DNA of 64,000 nucleotides from Octopus sinensis (lineage: Eukaryota): the NCBI RefSeq assembly GCF_006345805.1, contig NC_043002.1, forward strand, positions 14,756,001 through 14,820,000, written 5' to 3'. Positions 1 through 14,812 of this stretch are shown here, piece after piece. Position 1 is the first letter of the stretch. Each line of letters opens with the position of its first letter. Below the pieces are notes generated by a model that had not been told where the DNA came from, searched no databases, and saw only the letters and a program-made list of their open reading frames with translations. The position numbers were made by a program, and so were the translations under genes.

Positions 1-224
1 AAAACAGAAAAACTGTTAGTTTTAAATTTATAACTGAAATGTTGGCAAATAAACTTTAATGTAAAAGGTTTAACGAAAAACTTTTCTTTAGCGGTAATTT
101 TTAGCACACCTCAGAACCACATCAATTCCGAATGACAAAAAGAAACAAACATTAAACAAAAACAAATATGTTTAATTACAATTTAAATATGCATGCAGAA
201 AAAGATCTGTCTGGTCTGACGACA

Positions 225-237
225 GGCCCCCGCCCCC
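225..237. promoter_or_regulatory. GC box (Sp/KLF-type)
   Basis: GGCCCCCGCCCCC in otherwise AT-rich DNA, clustered with X-boxes and a CCAAT box. Confidence 0.5.
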
Positions 238-315
238 GGAAACGTATTGCTCAGGTAGGCCCATCTTGGGTTGACCTCTGTCAACACGTGCTTCTTCGCA
301 GACTTTTTAAAGACT

Positions 316-359
316 GTTACTATGGCAACAGGCAAAATAGTTTCTGTTACTATCGAAAC
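316..359. promoter_or_regulatory. Tandem RFX X-box motifs
   Basis: GTTACTATGGCAAC (316-329, canonical X-box) and GTTACTATCGAAAC (346-359), exactly 30 bp apart, both framed CT...AG. Confidence 0.7.
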
Positions 360-383
360 AGACATGAATATGTCTGTGGGTTA

Positions 384-393
384 CGATTGGCTA
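384..393 (-). promoter_or_regulatory. CCAAT / NF-Y box
   Basis: Reverse complement TAGCCAATCG matches the extended NF-Y consensus; ATTGG lies 26 bp after the second X-box. Confidence 0.55.
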
Positions 394-831
394 AAATTAG
401 CAAAATTTTCGAACTTTAATTACGAATAACTCTTTATTTATTGATTTATAGCGAAAATTACTTTCACGTCATTAATTAGTCTATAAAAGTTATTCATTAC
501 ACTGAATATGTAATCAATTCAGACAGAATATTTACGCTGGTTCCCCTGGCATCCAGACTGAAAATATCATGTTTTGATCCAAATGCGAAAAGCATTACAA
601 AAGAAGAAGAATATGCCTAATGCCACCTATAATGATCCAGGGAAAGTGACACTCTGCGAATACTTCGATTAGAAGTACTTTTACAAAATCCAAAACATGA
701 AACTCATCAGAATTACTTACAGAGGAGAATTTAAGGTTGAAACTTGAAAACTCGAGTATAAAGCAATTATACATAAACATGCGGGCACACACAGACACAC
801 TCACATACATATAGATACATACATACATATG

Positions 832-890
<59 letters not shown>

Positions 891-1489
891 GGGATAAAAA
901 CTTTATAAGAACTTATCATGTATTCAGTGTGAAAAACCTCATAAGGGCAAAAGAAAATTAAAATTATTCTCTTTAAATATATTTATTTTAAGGGCATTAC
1001 TATACATAATTGCCTCACGCTATGAGTGACTCTTAAAGTGAAAACTACCATAATATATGTAGTGTACCGAACGCGAGGGAAATGCAACTCATATAATCTG
1101 CAGCTGAATCTGTTCTTAAGGAGCTCGCTTCGAGAGTTGAATATATTCAATATTAAAGTAATTATATTATAGTCTACATCTATAACAAGGCGAAAATGAA
1201 CAATAATCACATACACTAATTGTAGCAGCGCTCACCAGGCAGTTTTTTCCTACGTTCTACGCCACCTCATTCCCCGTTTTGCATAATTTGTTAATATGTT
1301 GCGTCTAATTTTTCAGTGAATCCTTTAATTGTTTAATAGTACTCACATTCAGGAAATTTAACGCTGTATACTTTATTATTATATTGATTCTCGGTGTGTG
1401 AAACGTTTTAAGAAAGGAGTTTCGGATAATTGAGAGCCTATTTACTCATAGGATCAGAAAAAAAAGGTATTTTTATTTCTCTCTGACAA

Positions 1490-2770
1490 GCGTGGTTGTG
1501 CTGTTGAATAGTTTTTAGCAAAAAGATGTGAGGTGTATTGGGACTATGGATCTAGCGAAGGTATATGACTGTGTGGATATGGATGCAATGTGGCAGGGGC
1601 TGCGGCTGTATGGAGTAGATGGTAGATTGTTGAAAGCTGTTCAGAGATTTTAAAAAGAAAGTATGGTGCTCGTTAGTGTGGGTGGTAAAGTAAGTTATTG
1701 GTTTGGTATGAAGATGGAGTTAAGACAGGGTCATGTGATGTCTCTGAAGTTATTTAATTTATACAAAGAGGGGGTGGTGAGATTGGTAAATGCTAGAACC
1801 TTTGGTAGGTGTGCCGAAACGGTGGGATAAAATGGCAGGTCAGTGAGTTATTGTTTGTTGATAATGCAGCATCGGCGGTAGATTCGGAAGAGCAACTGAG
1901 GTGACTACTTGTAGAGTTTGGAAGAGTGTGTGGAAGGAAGAAACTGAAAGTGAATGTAGCTAAGAGTAAGGTAATGAGATGTTCGAGGGGGTGAGCGGTT
2001 TCGAGTATCTGGGATCACATGTGATGGCGCATGGGATACAGAGTGCGAGAGGGAAGAAATATACTTTGAAAGGTGAAAGGTCTGCTGGAAGATAACAGGG
2101 TAAGTATGAAAATGAAAGAGATGTGTATGAGTGCTTTTATTATGCCAATAATGTTATATGGTGCAGAGACGTGGGTCTGAGAGAGGCGGAAACAAGGGGA
2201 CGAGATGTGTTTGAGATGATGTCTGAGTGCTATGGTTGGTGTGAGATGGATAGACTTGATGAGGAATGAGGAAATGCATAGGCTAGCAGGAATGAGAGGA
2301 AATTTAATAACCAAAATGGATAGACGAATGTTGAGGCGCTTTAGCCACATGGAAAGGATGGATGAGGAGCGAATGCTAAGGAGGGTAATAAGGGCAGAAG
2401 TAATAGTAAGCAGAACCAGAGGTAGATCTTGGTTTGTGTGGATGGATGGAATGAAGAATGAATTGGTGGTTAGAAGAGTTGGAGTGAGAGTGACAGCAGA
2501 GTATATAAATTTTAGGAAAGCTTGGAGAGTGTTTGTGGACGGATGAGTGAATATGATGTTGTTCTAAGGGGTACGGAACCAGCATGATTCGGTGGGGGTA
2601 AATCAACATATGCTGTCGGGCGCCGGTGTTGATATTGAGAGTTGCGTTCTATGACTTCGCATGAGCATAGGACGGGGCACGCCCCTTTGAGCTAGGAAAT
2701 GAATGGAATGCCTGGTGTGTGTTTCTTTGTGGTTCTCCCATCGTAATAAAACAGGGAATAGGCCTGGGTA
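1490..2770 (+). mobile_element. RTE-clade LINE, 5'-truncated and decayed (RT plus C-terminus plus 3' UTR)
   Basis: Translates with stops and frameshifts to MDLAKVYDCVD..LYGVDGRLLKAV..LRQGHVMSLKLFNLY and LRRFSHMERMDEERMLRRV..RGRSWFVWMDG, typical RTE RT and C-terminal motifs. Confidence 0.9.
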
Positions 2771-2789
2771 TATTTAATGTATGTATATG

Positions 2790-2970
<181 letters not shown>

Positions 2971-3425
2971 GCACGCACACACAGACACTTTATTAGAAAA
3001 GGCTTCAAATATGTCACAATAACTTTTACTCAGAGTTTCACGGCCCCGTTCGTTGGACCGTTTTGTTTAGAATGGAACACAATGAGGTTATATGCATACA
3101 GATACAATTAATTTGATAGATCCACATTTGAAAATGGCGTTGTTTCATTGGTCCTTTCAACTAATGGTGTCTTCAATTACCGGTTGTTTGAAATTACAAT
3201 TACGGTTTAAAATCATATTATAAATATCGAAGAAAACCTTGAATCAAAAATAGCTTATGTAGTAGGAAAAAAAGACCGGAATACCCAGGCTAAAGAATTA
3301 GTGGTAAAATATAACAATAGATTTAAAGAATTCAAACATATATTAGTTTAAAAAAAGAAACTTTCGCAAAAAACAAACACTCTAAAATACATATACATTC
3401 AGCTATACACACACATACTAAACAA

Positions 3426-3602
<177 letters not shown>

Positions 3603-3990
3603 GTATATACACATAATATACAAGTGTTGGTGAAATGAAAAATTAGAAAAGGAAACAAAAATAGATAGAGGTAGAGAGTAAGATGATTTGGAAGTTGGCC
3701 TTCCCCAAAAAGTATCTTGCGAATATTAGAAACTTCGTTCAACTTGCAAACGCACACGTATAAGAACGCACACATATAAAACGACAGGTATATCTACTTA
3801 AATACAAACATACATACAAATACACACACACATATAGATACACATACAAATATACAAATAATACGTAAATATATATACGTATCCCCACATCAAGATAAAT
3901 ATATACACCGTAAAGTATATACGCATGCAAACATAAAATTTATATCTATCTATCTATCCACCTATCTATCTATCTATCTATCTATCTATA

Positions 3991-4051
<61 letters not shown>

Positions 4052-4112
4052 GTCTATCTATCTATATGTCTATCTATCTATCTATCTTTCTATCTATCTG
4101 TCTATCTATCTG

Positions 4113-4184
<72 letters not shown>

Positions 4185-4767
4185 CATATATACACATATA
4201 TATAGATATATATTCCTAGTTTATACTGTGTGTATGTGCTTATGTGAGTATGTGTTCGTAAAATAGTTGTGGCATACGCCTAATACCAAATTATGTTCCT
4301 ACACCTTTTCTGCAGGCAAATGCAATCAGTTGCTATTATTAATTATAATTACTATATTTGAGACCAGATAAATTACTGCCTTCATGAAAATTTGCTCCTT
4401 TGAAATTTCGTGGGAGACATTCCCATGTGCATAATCATGTTCTATTATTCTTCTATGCCTCTGCATCTTATTACTGACAAACCCGATTTCCGTATCCTAA
4501 TGTCTGTTTATGTTGGTCTGAATTTACTAATGTCTTCAACTACGTATGTATGAAGCACTTCATGTTCATTGCTTACATTAAGATGACTTGTATTTCTGTA
4601 ACGTCCAGGCGAATAATTACGTGCTTTATATTTTTGCCTGAAGATGAATCTCAAGTTGGTCTATATCGTTCAAAAGTTTTCAGTAGAGATGAAAACCGCA
4701 AGAAGGAACATTTTTATAAAATGCTTAGGACAAATTGGCCTATCGACCATACCCAAATCTGTAAGTA

Positions 4768-5314
4768 TTTGGTTGTCCGGAAAGTTCCTGCCGATTTATA
4801 GTAGCTTATCTTTCGACTTATTTTAGAACATGGTTGAGTCCATAAAATAGGATTTGATTACACCGACATTGGGAGTACAGTTTAAGCTATATTTTCGTGG
4901 AAGAAGGTTTATGTTCCTATAACCTGTGTTACTTCTGCAACCCTTTAAAATGTAAGATAAGGAAGTTCATTTTCGGCACTTAACGATTTGGAAACCAAAC
5001 AAAAATTGCTGCAGCTCGGTTGGGATATTCATCAAACATTGCTCCTTCGGATTTCCACTTATTCAGGTCTCTGCAGAATAGTCGTAATGGTAAACGTTTC
5101 AATTCCTTGGAGGACGTAAAAAGATACCTTGATGAATTCTTTGTCATGAAACCACCTCAATTCTGGGAAGATGGTATTTTCAAGTTAAAGAAAAGTTGGA
5201 GACGCACTGTGTAACAAAATGGTTCATATTTGGTTGATTAAATATTTAATGGCTAGTATTTATTGGCATTTTTCTTTCCTTTAAAAATCGGCACGAACAT
5301 TCCGGACAACCCAA
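4768..5314 (+). mobile_element. Internally deleted mariner (Tc1/mariner) element
   Basis: TIRs TTTGGTTGTCCGGAAAGTTCCTGCCGATTT / AAATCGGCACGAACATTCCGGACAACCCAA; TA TSD at 4766-4767 and 5315-5316; transposase C-terminus SNIAPSDFHLFRSLQN..FWEDGIFKL. Confidence 0.92.
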
Positions 5315-5650
5315 TATAACAGATATTACTTTTACTGGAAATTATACTTACATATTCAAAGATTGGATTAGTGACATGAAAGGAGGAAAAAACCCTCAGG
5401 TATTACAAGTATCATCATATTCATATTCTGCATTTCTAATATCCCTGAACGAAGGAAGTAGCTTCTGAGAAAATGCAACTGCTCATCCTTCAGCTGCAGA
5501 TGTTCAAAACAGGCCAACGTTCGAGTGTTAACAACATAATGTGTACGACAGTTTGAAGGAATATTGTTATATAGAACGACTGATACATGCGGAAAACTTT
5601 CTCAAATCTGACGCTATTGCTAGATCAGGCATGCTAAATTCGAATATAAT

Positions 5651-5691
<41 letters not shown>

Positions 5692-5923
5692 ATATTCCAC
5701 TGGTTTCATGAATGATATAGACTAGTAGAGCTTTAGATAATACAATGTTTCATTCACAAATGTTTGGCGAAGTCGTGGTGTATTATTGCGGAGCGTATCA
5801 GCAAAGAAATGATTTTTTGATTCCGGCTGGAAATACTATTTTTTATCAAACAGATCAGTAATTCCTTTACTGATGCACATGAACATGTTTCCTTAACTAC
5901 AGCTGGTGGATTACGCTTCTTAA

Positions 5924-6540
5924 AGTCGGCAAGCTGGCAGAAACGTTAGCACTCCGGGCGAAATGCCTAGTGGTATTTTGTCTTCCGTTACGTTCTGAGA
6001 TCAAATTCCGCCGAGGTCGACTTCGCCTTTCATTCTTTCGGGGTCGATTAAATAAGGACCAGTTACGCACTGGAGTCGATATAATCGACTTAATCCGTTT
6101 GTCTGTCCTTGTTTGTCCCCTCTGTGTTTAGCCCTATGTGGGTAGTAAAGAAATAGATATTTTGTCTGCCGTCATGTTCTGACTTCAAATTCCGCTGAGG
6201 TCGACTTTGCCCTTCATCTTTTCGGGGGTCGATAAATTAAGTACCAGTTACGCGCTGGGGTCGATGTAATCGGCTAAACCCCTTTTGTCTATCTTTGTTT
6301 GTTCCCTCTATGTCTAGCCCCTTGTGGGCAATAAAGAAATAAGAAACGTTAGCAAGCCAGGTGTAATGCTTAACGGAATTTCCTCTGTCCTCAAGTTCTG
6401 AGTTCAAATTCCGCCAAGGTCGACTTTGCTTTTCATCCTTTCAGGGTCGACATATTAAGTATCAGTTGCGTACTGGGGTCGACCTAATCAACTGGCCCCT
6501 ACCCCAAAATTACAGGCCGTGTGCCTAGAGTAGAGATGAT
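5924..6540 (+). mobile_element. tRNA-derived SINE family A, head-to-tail trimer
   Basis: Head GCTGGCAGAAACGTTAGCAC; three repeats of GTTCTGAGTTCAAATTCCGCCGAGGTCGACTTTGCCTTTCATCCTTTCGGGGTCGAT (Meta-domain-like, from recall). Confidence 0.85.
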
Positions 6541-6915
6541 TACACTTCCTATGAATATAAGCAAATTTCCTCTGATAATATATTAAGCTACTTAAGATCA
6601 GGGTTAACTATTCGGGAGTCAACTTCGGATAATGTCGTGGTAATAATAGTCGTTATTACACCATATTTGTACATATTCACAGTATTGCTTCTCAACATAC
6701 CGTCAGATTCAATTTTTATGACTTGAAATCTCGACATTATTCTTTATGTGCTGGACCCGAATATATTTATTTTTGACATCCATTCGAAATAGCACGAAAA
6801 CATAACAGATCAGGTTTTTTTTACCACATAAGATTCATGATGTAGCTAAATACTGTATTCCACAACTATTTTACGAACACACACTCACATAAGCACATCC
6901 ACACAGCAGAACCCA

Positions 6916-6971
<56 letters not shown>

Positions 6972-8411
6972 TATATAGTTCAGGATAATTCTGAATTGAG
7001 TAGCAGTTTTCAGTAACTTAACTAGAAATTTCAAGGGATCTCAAGAGCATCCGTAATCGGTTATATCAATATCAATATGTAGAAATCCACAATAATAAAC
7101 GATTGAAACTGAAGGTTTTATGGTCAATGATTCGCAAAATATTTTATGAAGTTGTGCCGTGGTGCGATTCTAAGTATTCTAATATCAGATTTGAAACCAT
7201 CGTTACTATATTTACTGTCGCCGATAGATTGTCACATTTTCAAGTGTAGCACGTGTTAAAATAAACCATCTTACTGTTTTATGAAGATATTCACTTAATC
7301 TGGACTTATTAAAGAAGTCACATATATTCCTTCCTGTAAAAAAGTTTGTCTATTCTCTTTCTGTACAAGTACGCATGGAGACGCACAGCGACGCCAACGG
7401 AATTTGAATTAATCTGGCGCTCCATTTATATCTTATTAAATACTTATGATATTAATTGAAAATGTTGAATGCTAGGCACTTTTCTTTGTTCACCTTTCTA
7501 TGCATATGTGTGGGTGTCTTTATGTGTACGTCTGAGAGTGAGTAAGAGAGAGACATACAGGCAGAGAGTATGTGCTTACGTTTAATATATAACCCGATTA
7601 TCCACTCGAACATTGGAAGATACACGACAAAATGTCTGCGATTTCATTAATTACTGAGAGAATAGAAAGGGAAAAGGTAATAAGGCTTAAATGGTAATTG
7701 AAATAACAAGACTTAAAGAGAAAGTAGAATGTGTTATGACACAAACTGAATTATTTGGCGAGTGTCAATTACAAATCGTAGAAGGGAAAAATTATCGTAA
7801 TTAGCAATATTTATAATTCCATGGATAGTTAATTTTATGGGTGTCTAACGAGAGAATGTTTTAAGGGGACCCATCACAAGCTAAGGTATATTCTATTAAT
7901 CATTTTTCTGTTTAGATATTCCGTATGCATTTTAAATTAAATTGACAGAATTCGTTTGAAGTATGAATTAATAAATTTTATATTCACGAAGAAAGGAAAT
8001 AGTCTTAAGCTGTTAGTTAATTAAATGTGTTAGAAAAATAAATACAGATATTAATTCGGTTATATAATTATTAAATGAACATTTCTATTAAAATGAACGA
8101 GCTTATGTTTTATATGAAGAGGAAAGATAATACAAAATGTATATTAGGTATTCGTGATATTAAGGAAGAAATTTAAGCTAATACAAAATATATCAAGTGC
8201 GTATTCTAAAAATTCTCTAAAATAACGTGATTGTCATAACTTTGAAAATAACACAAATTAACGTATCATCATTTTAATTATAATGCTGATATTAATTATT
8301 GCTTTGCGTTTACTATGCAGTGGTACTCGAAATTATATATATATGTGTGAGTGTGTGTGTATTTGTTGTGTATATGTATGTGTGTGCTTCTGCTAATATA
8401 AGCGAATTCAA

Positions 8412-9000
8412 AGGCGGCGTGGTGGCAGAAACGTTAGCACGCCGGGTGAAATACTCAGCAGTATTTTGTCTGTCGCTACGTTCTGAGTTCAAATTCTGCT
8501 GAGGTCGACTTTACCTTTCATCCTTTCGGGGTCGATTAAATAAGTACCAGTTGCGCACTGGGGTCGATATAATCCCCTTAATCCATTTGTCTGTCCTTGT
8601 TTGTCCTCTCTGTGTTTAGCCCCTCGTGGTTAGTAAATAAATAGGTATTTTGTGTGCCATTACCTTCTGAGTTCAAATTCCGCCGAGGTCGACTTTGCCT
8701 TTCATCCTTTCGGGGTCGATTAAATAAGCACCAGTTATTCACTGGGGTCTATATAATCGACTTAATCCGTTTGTCTGTCTTCCTTTGTTTGTCCTCTCTG
8801 TGTTTAGCTCCTTGTGGGTAGTAAAGAAATAGGTATTTCATCAGTCTATGCGTTCTGAGTCCAAATACCGCCAAGGTCGACCTTACTTTTCATCCTTTCG
8901 GGGTTGATAAATTAAGTAGCAGTTGCGTACTGAAGTCCATCTAATCAACTGGCCCACTCCCCAAAACTTTCGTGCCGTGTGCCTTCAGCAGAAAAGGACA
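8412..9000 (+). mobile_element. tRNA-derived SINE family A, head-to-tail tetramer
   Basis: Same head and four body repeats; terminal tail as in 5924-6540. Confidence 0.85.
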
Positions 9001-9197
9001 TAACGAAATTCGTTTTGGAAGGATGGTCACAATCCTGTAAAATAGCACGAAACGCGCGCGGTCATACACAGACATGCAAAAACAAATAGCTATATACAAA
9101 TACATGTGCACGGGCATTTGTGTGTATACATTTTTGCATGTAGACATATACATACACTACACGCACACACACACACACGCACACACACACACGCACG

Positions 9198-9246
<49 letters not shown>

Positions 9247-10922
9247 GTTACATCTATAGGGTGGCGAATATTCGTTATAAATATCACCACCAGTGGCCCC
9301 AGCGTGTATAAATAGTCAATAGACAACATATTCATATTTTAAAATAGAAAATTACCCATTAACAGGCAAATTTTACATGCTAGAAATAGCAGCCAACACG
9401 GCCAAAACCACAATTTAATAGCAAATTTCAAAGTAATTTAACGGTTATACCATTTCTTTAGCAAACAATATTATTTGCTATCCTTTAATAGGTATCAAAT
9501 CGTGACCAGTAGCATGCCACACAGCGATGTTTCCCACTGGGTTCACATGATGACATTCATCTAACAAGTAATGAATATAGGCTTACGCTCAATTAAGAAT
9601 ACTATTTGAAGGTACCATACATTTTACTCAATCTCTAGCTGGAGAGGGTTGACGTGGGAAACCCATACGTTTAGGAGCAGGTTTCGGTACCTTGTAATAT
9701 CCTTGGAAAGTGTGGGAAAAGATTGTCGAAGTATTTCTACGACTTTTGCAGCCCTAATTTCTGGCATCCTTATTCCGCCGACTATAATCCTTATGGTTTC
9801 ATATGTCTAGAGCACAGTTGGTAAAGACACCATCTGCTGTGTCGGTAACATCAAGGCCGAATTGTGTCGAAGGAGAGACACAGGAGAAAACCGTCTTTGG
9901 GCTGTGATGGAAGATGAGCCGCTTCGATTAAAGGGCTATCACCCAAATATAATCTCGTTTGACAATAATGTTATTTTAGGATGTAATATTGGGTTATCTT
10001 TGTACTCAAACTATCAAATTTAGTTTGGACACCTTATGAATAATTGTATATACAAACATGGTCTCTATATACATTCCCGTTCTGTATGTTCATGCATTTA
10101 ACGATTGTCATCTTGTGATATTAATTATGTCTAGATGAAAATTATAGCAGTTGCGCAATGTGATTTTCTTCAAGGCTAAAACAAAGGCATCTATAACGTA
10201 TGCATTTTTATATGGTGATGTTTGTGAGGATGCAGTTGAATAGGAACAGATATTCATATACTAACGTGCCACTCCTTCAGTAATTGCAGTATTTTCCAAT
10301 ATTATAAGAACCTGAAGATGGTGTTCACTCTTGCTCCATGTAGGATGAATGTTTCTTTATTCGTAATTGATGCGGAGGTAAACTTCACATATTTTCCGTA
10401 ACCTCGCAGCTCATTTTCCAGAACAAGATATTTAGATTGCGCAATCCGATTAAGAATCGTGACGTCAGTTTGAGCCAGTGGAGAATTTGGGTGAGAGAGA
10501 GATTTAAAAACAATCCATCATCGTTTGAATCCATGATGGTTGCATCATCTGATATCTTTTACACGCATTCGATTCAGGGACCACATTTCAATTGCATTTT
10601 GAATATCTCCACACCCATCAGAAGAATCTACGACATATGTTAAATAAATTTTGAAATTATTTTACACCTGTCACAGACATGTAGGAATTGATGAGTTTCT
10701 CATGAAGTTGCATTGACAATCTCTGATATTCTGCTTAATGTTTACGGGATCCTTAAATATTAATAATATGGTATATTTTTTCTGTTAACCATATAAACCC
10801 AAAAAACGTTGTCCTTGACTTTATACGAAAAGTTAAAATAAAAAAGAAATAGAATAGATAGAACATTTGCCAGGCTGAAAATTGTTTTGAGACTAGAAGG
10901 AAAGAGTGGGACCATTCTTCAT

Positions 10923-10965
<43 letters not shown>

Positions 10966-10976
10966 TATATATATAT

Positions 10977-11010
<34 letters not shown>

Positions 11011-12142
11011 ATATATATGCACTTCTCTATATCCTATACCTTGATTGATTAGATTAAATAACTAACAAAGAGCTATCGTTTGAAGCCATATTCGTTTTCG
11101 TTATGTCAACAGGCATGTTTTTAAAGTAAAAATATAATGTCGCTTCATTTTGCTGCTAGTATGATATTTTAGAATAGAAATGATGTCTGCATTTTTAATT
11201 ATTCTAAGAGACAAACTGGAAGTCGTCGACATACTAGTGCTCTGCTCTGAGTCTTACCACATGATTTCAATTATATTTATATCATATTTATTTCAAGAAA
11301 TGCTAATATAAGCTGCGGAACGTAAAGGAATAATACACTAAATTATATTAATAATTCAATCTTAGGGATGAAGGAAGATACCTAATGCTAATGTTCTTCA
11401 TTATAAATGCTCATAAAAGCTTCTCATTCATGGAAGAGAATGAGTAATACACTATCTACATTATTTCTACACAGGCAACTCTCCCTACGGAGTTGCAAAT
11501 CCTAGAAGAACGCTCAAGGGAGCTAATTCATATAGTGTGAGCTCATATAATCTCCATTATATTATATACATTTATGTACGATATAATTCCATTATTATTT
11601 TTTGCAGATTAGTTCCGACTTGGCACAGATCCATTGTTAATAATACAGAACTCGCCCGTAGGCACATGGCCAGTTATATAAAGAAACTTCTAAATCGATC
11701 GCTTGTCCTTCACTACAATAGAAAATATATGCTTCTTTCTTTAGCCATATCGTAATGAAGAATACGATAGTTGAACTTAGAAAATTAGAGCAAGTATATT
11801 TAATATAGCAATGAACTTATCAGGCGTTCCAGAGTGTTTGCCAAATAGCCGCAGTCTGTATTGCTGAAAATAATACAAAGAACAGCTAACCACCCTACGA
11901 ACAGTATTTCTTTTTCTTTTATGTGAAGATATAATTTTTTGGCATTTAAGCAATGTAAGATATTTGTAAGTAACCTGAACCTAGAGTAAATTCAGTAGAC
12001 ATTTTGGGTAACGTATTTAGGATATAAATAAATAAATGAACATAATATTGTTTTCTTTTAATATTGTCAGTTATGTGCAGGAAAATAGAACAGTTTCGCT
12101 CTAAAAATCTAACTTGATTATAAATGCACATATTATACATAC

Positions 12143-12197
<55 letters not shown>

Positions 12198-12370
12198 TAT
12201 ATATATATTATTATATATATAACTATTTTATTATACTTATATACGTTTGTATGTATAGGTATATACATGTATGTATTATGTATGTACTATGTATGTGGTT
12301 ATATATACATACATATATTTTTATATGCATATAAATACATACATATCAATAAATATATAAGTACATATGC

Positions 12371-12413
<43 letters not shown>

Positions 12414-12618
12414 TAGACAGACAGACAGAGAGCTACATACTGACATATGTATGTGTATGTATGTATGTGTGTGTGTGCATGTGCGTCTGTGTGTCTGTAT
12501 GTACAATTCCATGTGTTTTTGAGATCTTCGTATACGCCTACACACAATATGCAATGAAAGAGGACGATCAGTATTATATTTATAAAATACATTGGCAACA
12601 ACTTATACTGATTAATAT

Positions 12619-12656
<38 letters not shown>

Positions 12657-13293
12657 TGACATACATACAGCCAAACTGCCAGATAGATAGATAGATCCAT
12701 GCAAGTATCGAAACGAATTTACTGGCCAAGGTTTAATTAAAAAGATATTTGGAATTGCTTTACCAGGCATTTTTAGGTTTTCTCCGAGGTTGAGTCGAGC
12801 CAGTAAATGTACATTAATTTTACTTTTACCCCAAGTGTATATAAATGGTTGTCTAAGTGTCAAGATTTAAGGCCATAGTTCGTGAAAGCCACCAGAGTAT
12901 ATTCCCTAATGGATACATACTATAATGTTTCCCAACTCTATGTATATCGCTTCACACGCTACGTTGTGTTTAACTTATTTTGCTGAAAGTTTTAGAAATT
13001 ATTAAAACGATTTAAACTACAGGGCTGGCAACAGCAAAGTATTTATTCCAACCGTTCTGCTTTGTACTTTACCTTTATTTACTGATTCACGTCCTTTCGT
13101 CACATTCTCTGTGAAAGTTAGTGTCTTCTAAATGGATATTTTAGAAACTAAAACGTGGTTGCGATGAAAGTCAAAGTTGACGTCAGATGCTAGATGGATA
13201 CATTTGGTCAGCTATAGCGATGGATAACTTTGGTCAGCAATATAGACGGATAACTTTAATCGGTGATATTTCATATAGTACATATCAATATTT

Positions 13294-13442
13294 TGTGTGG
13301 TAAATAGCTTGCTTACGAACCACGTGCTTCCGGGTTCAGTCCCACTGCGTGGCAACGTGGGCAAGTGTCTCTGTTATAGACTCGGGCCTCCTTGTGAGTG
13401 GATTTGGTAGAGGGAAACTGAAAGAAGGCAATCGTATATATG

Positions 13443-13498
<56 letters not shown>

Positions 13499-13505
13499 TA
13501 TATAT

Positions 13506-13568
<63 letters not shown>

Positions 13569-13828
13569 ATGTGTGTGTGTGTGTGTGTGTGTGTCTGTGT
13601 GTTTGTGTATATATGTTTGTGTGTTTGTGTTTGTTCAACCAACATCCCTTGACAACTGATGCTGGTGTGTTTACGTCCCCATAACCTAGCGGTTCGACAA
13701 AAGAGACCGATAGAATAAGTATTGGGCTTACAAAGAATAAGCTCTGGGGTCGATTTGCTCGAATAAAGGCGGTGCCCCAGCATGACCACAGTCAAATGAC
13801 TGAAACACGTAATAGAATAAAAGAGAGT
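13294..13828 (+). mobile_element. tRNA-derived SINE family B (OR2-like) with internal (TA)n(TG)n
   Basis: TGTGTGGTAA..GGGTTCAGTCCCACTGCGTGGCA..GGGCAAGTGTC head; tail GGCGGTGCCCCAGCATGACCACAGTCAAATGACTGAAAC. Confidence 0.88.
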
Positions 13829-14520
13829 AATGCCCAAATATTCGATATATCTTGAATGAAAATCTTGACACTTTCTAATTGCTTGTTTGATACATTTGGT
13901 TGTATTGGCTTCTTAAAGCATCGTAAAGGCTGATATCATCAAAACAATTAGCTATATTTTCCGTAGCTTTTGTGGTTACGCGTATGTAACTTATTGCCAA
14001 TATTTGAATTTTTCCAGTTCAAATGCAAAATTTTATGTCTGAGATTTCTAGCACCGATAGTGATTTATTAGCTGTTAATTTGTGGTCACCTACAACAGAA
14101 AACAACCGGGACTTTGTCAAATTCAAATTTTGAGCGTAAATATATGTATCTGCAAATGTTAATGCGTATAAATCGAGTGTATACTGTCTGCGTCAACTGC
14201 ATAGCTGATATTTATGATAAGTAGGATAAGATGTAAACAAGATTTATTGAATGTGAGAAATGACACTAAGAGTAAAATATATCACAATTTCCGGATAATA
14301 TCAATAGCCATGGCATATAGTAAATATTTAGTACTTTTGGCTAATTGAAATTTTATATGAAATAGGTAATCGAAAAGATATAAGGTGAGGAGATTTTACA
14401 GGAGATAAAATTTATAAAAGTTGGAACTGAAGAAAGCAAGAAATCATATATAGTGAAGTACATGTTGCAAAGAAAAGGAAATTAAGTACAAAAGTAAAAT
14501 AAAGATAGGAGATACGCAGT

Positions 14521-14812
14521 GTAGGCACATGGCTTAATGGTTAGAGCAGCGGACACGCAGTCGGAGGATGTACGCTCGATTCTCAATTAGAGCGATGTAT
14601 GTGTTTATGCGCTATACTCCACGCGGCTCCGGCAGCAGGTAATGTCAAACTTTTGCTGACTCTTTCAACACAACTTTCTCTCACACTCTTTCCTCCATCA
14701 TATAGTAGCTTACCTGTGACGGACCGGCGTCTCATCCTGATAGGGAACCTATATGCCAATGAAACCGGCCTTTATGAGCGAGGCATGGCTCGAGAATGAA
14801 CAAACACCAACA
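14521..14812 (+). mobile_element. tRNA-derived SINE family C (V-domain-like), diverged
   Basis: GGCTTAATGGTTAGAGCAGCGGAC head; TGTGACGGACCGGCGTCTCATCC matches the central domain of the copies at 19.3-19.9 kb. Confidence 0.7.

Noticed and set aside
216-246. CTGACGA..GAAACGTA hammerhead-like core overlapping the GC box
   Set aside because: No stem I pairing (TCTGGT vs TTGCTC) and a mismatched stem II; likely chance
3120-3348. Protein-like plus frame STFENGVV..*NHIINIEENLESK..
   Set aside because: In-frame stop, no convincing donor, no recognised motif
7580-7654. Minus-strand segment with strong acceptor and donor
   Set aside because: Stops in all frames; EIADILSCIFQ resembles a decayed CR1/L2 RT motif, so probably a TE-derived pseudo-exon
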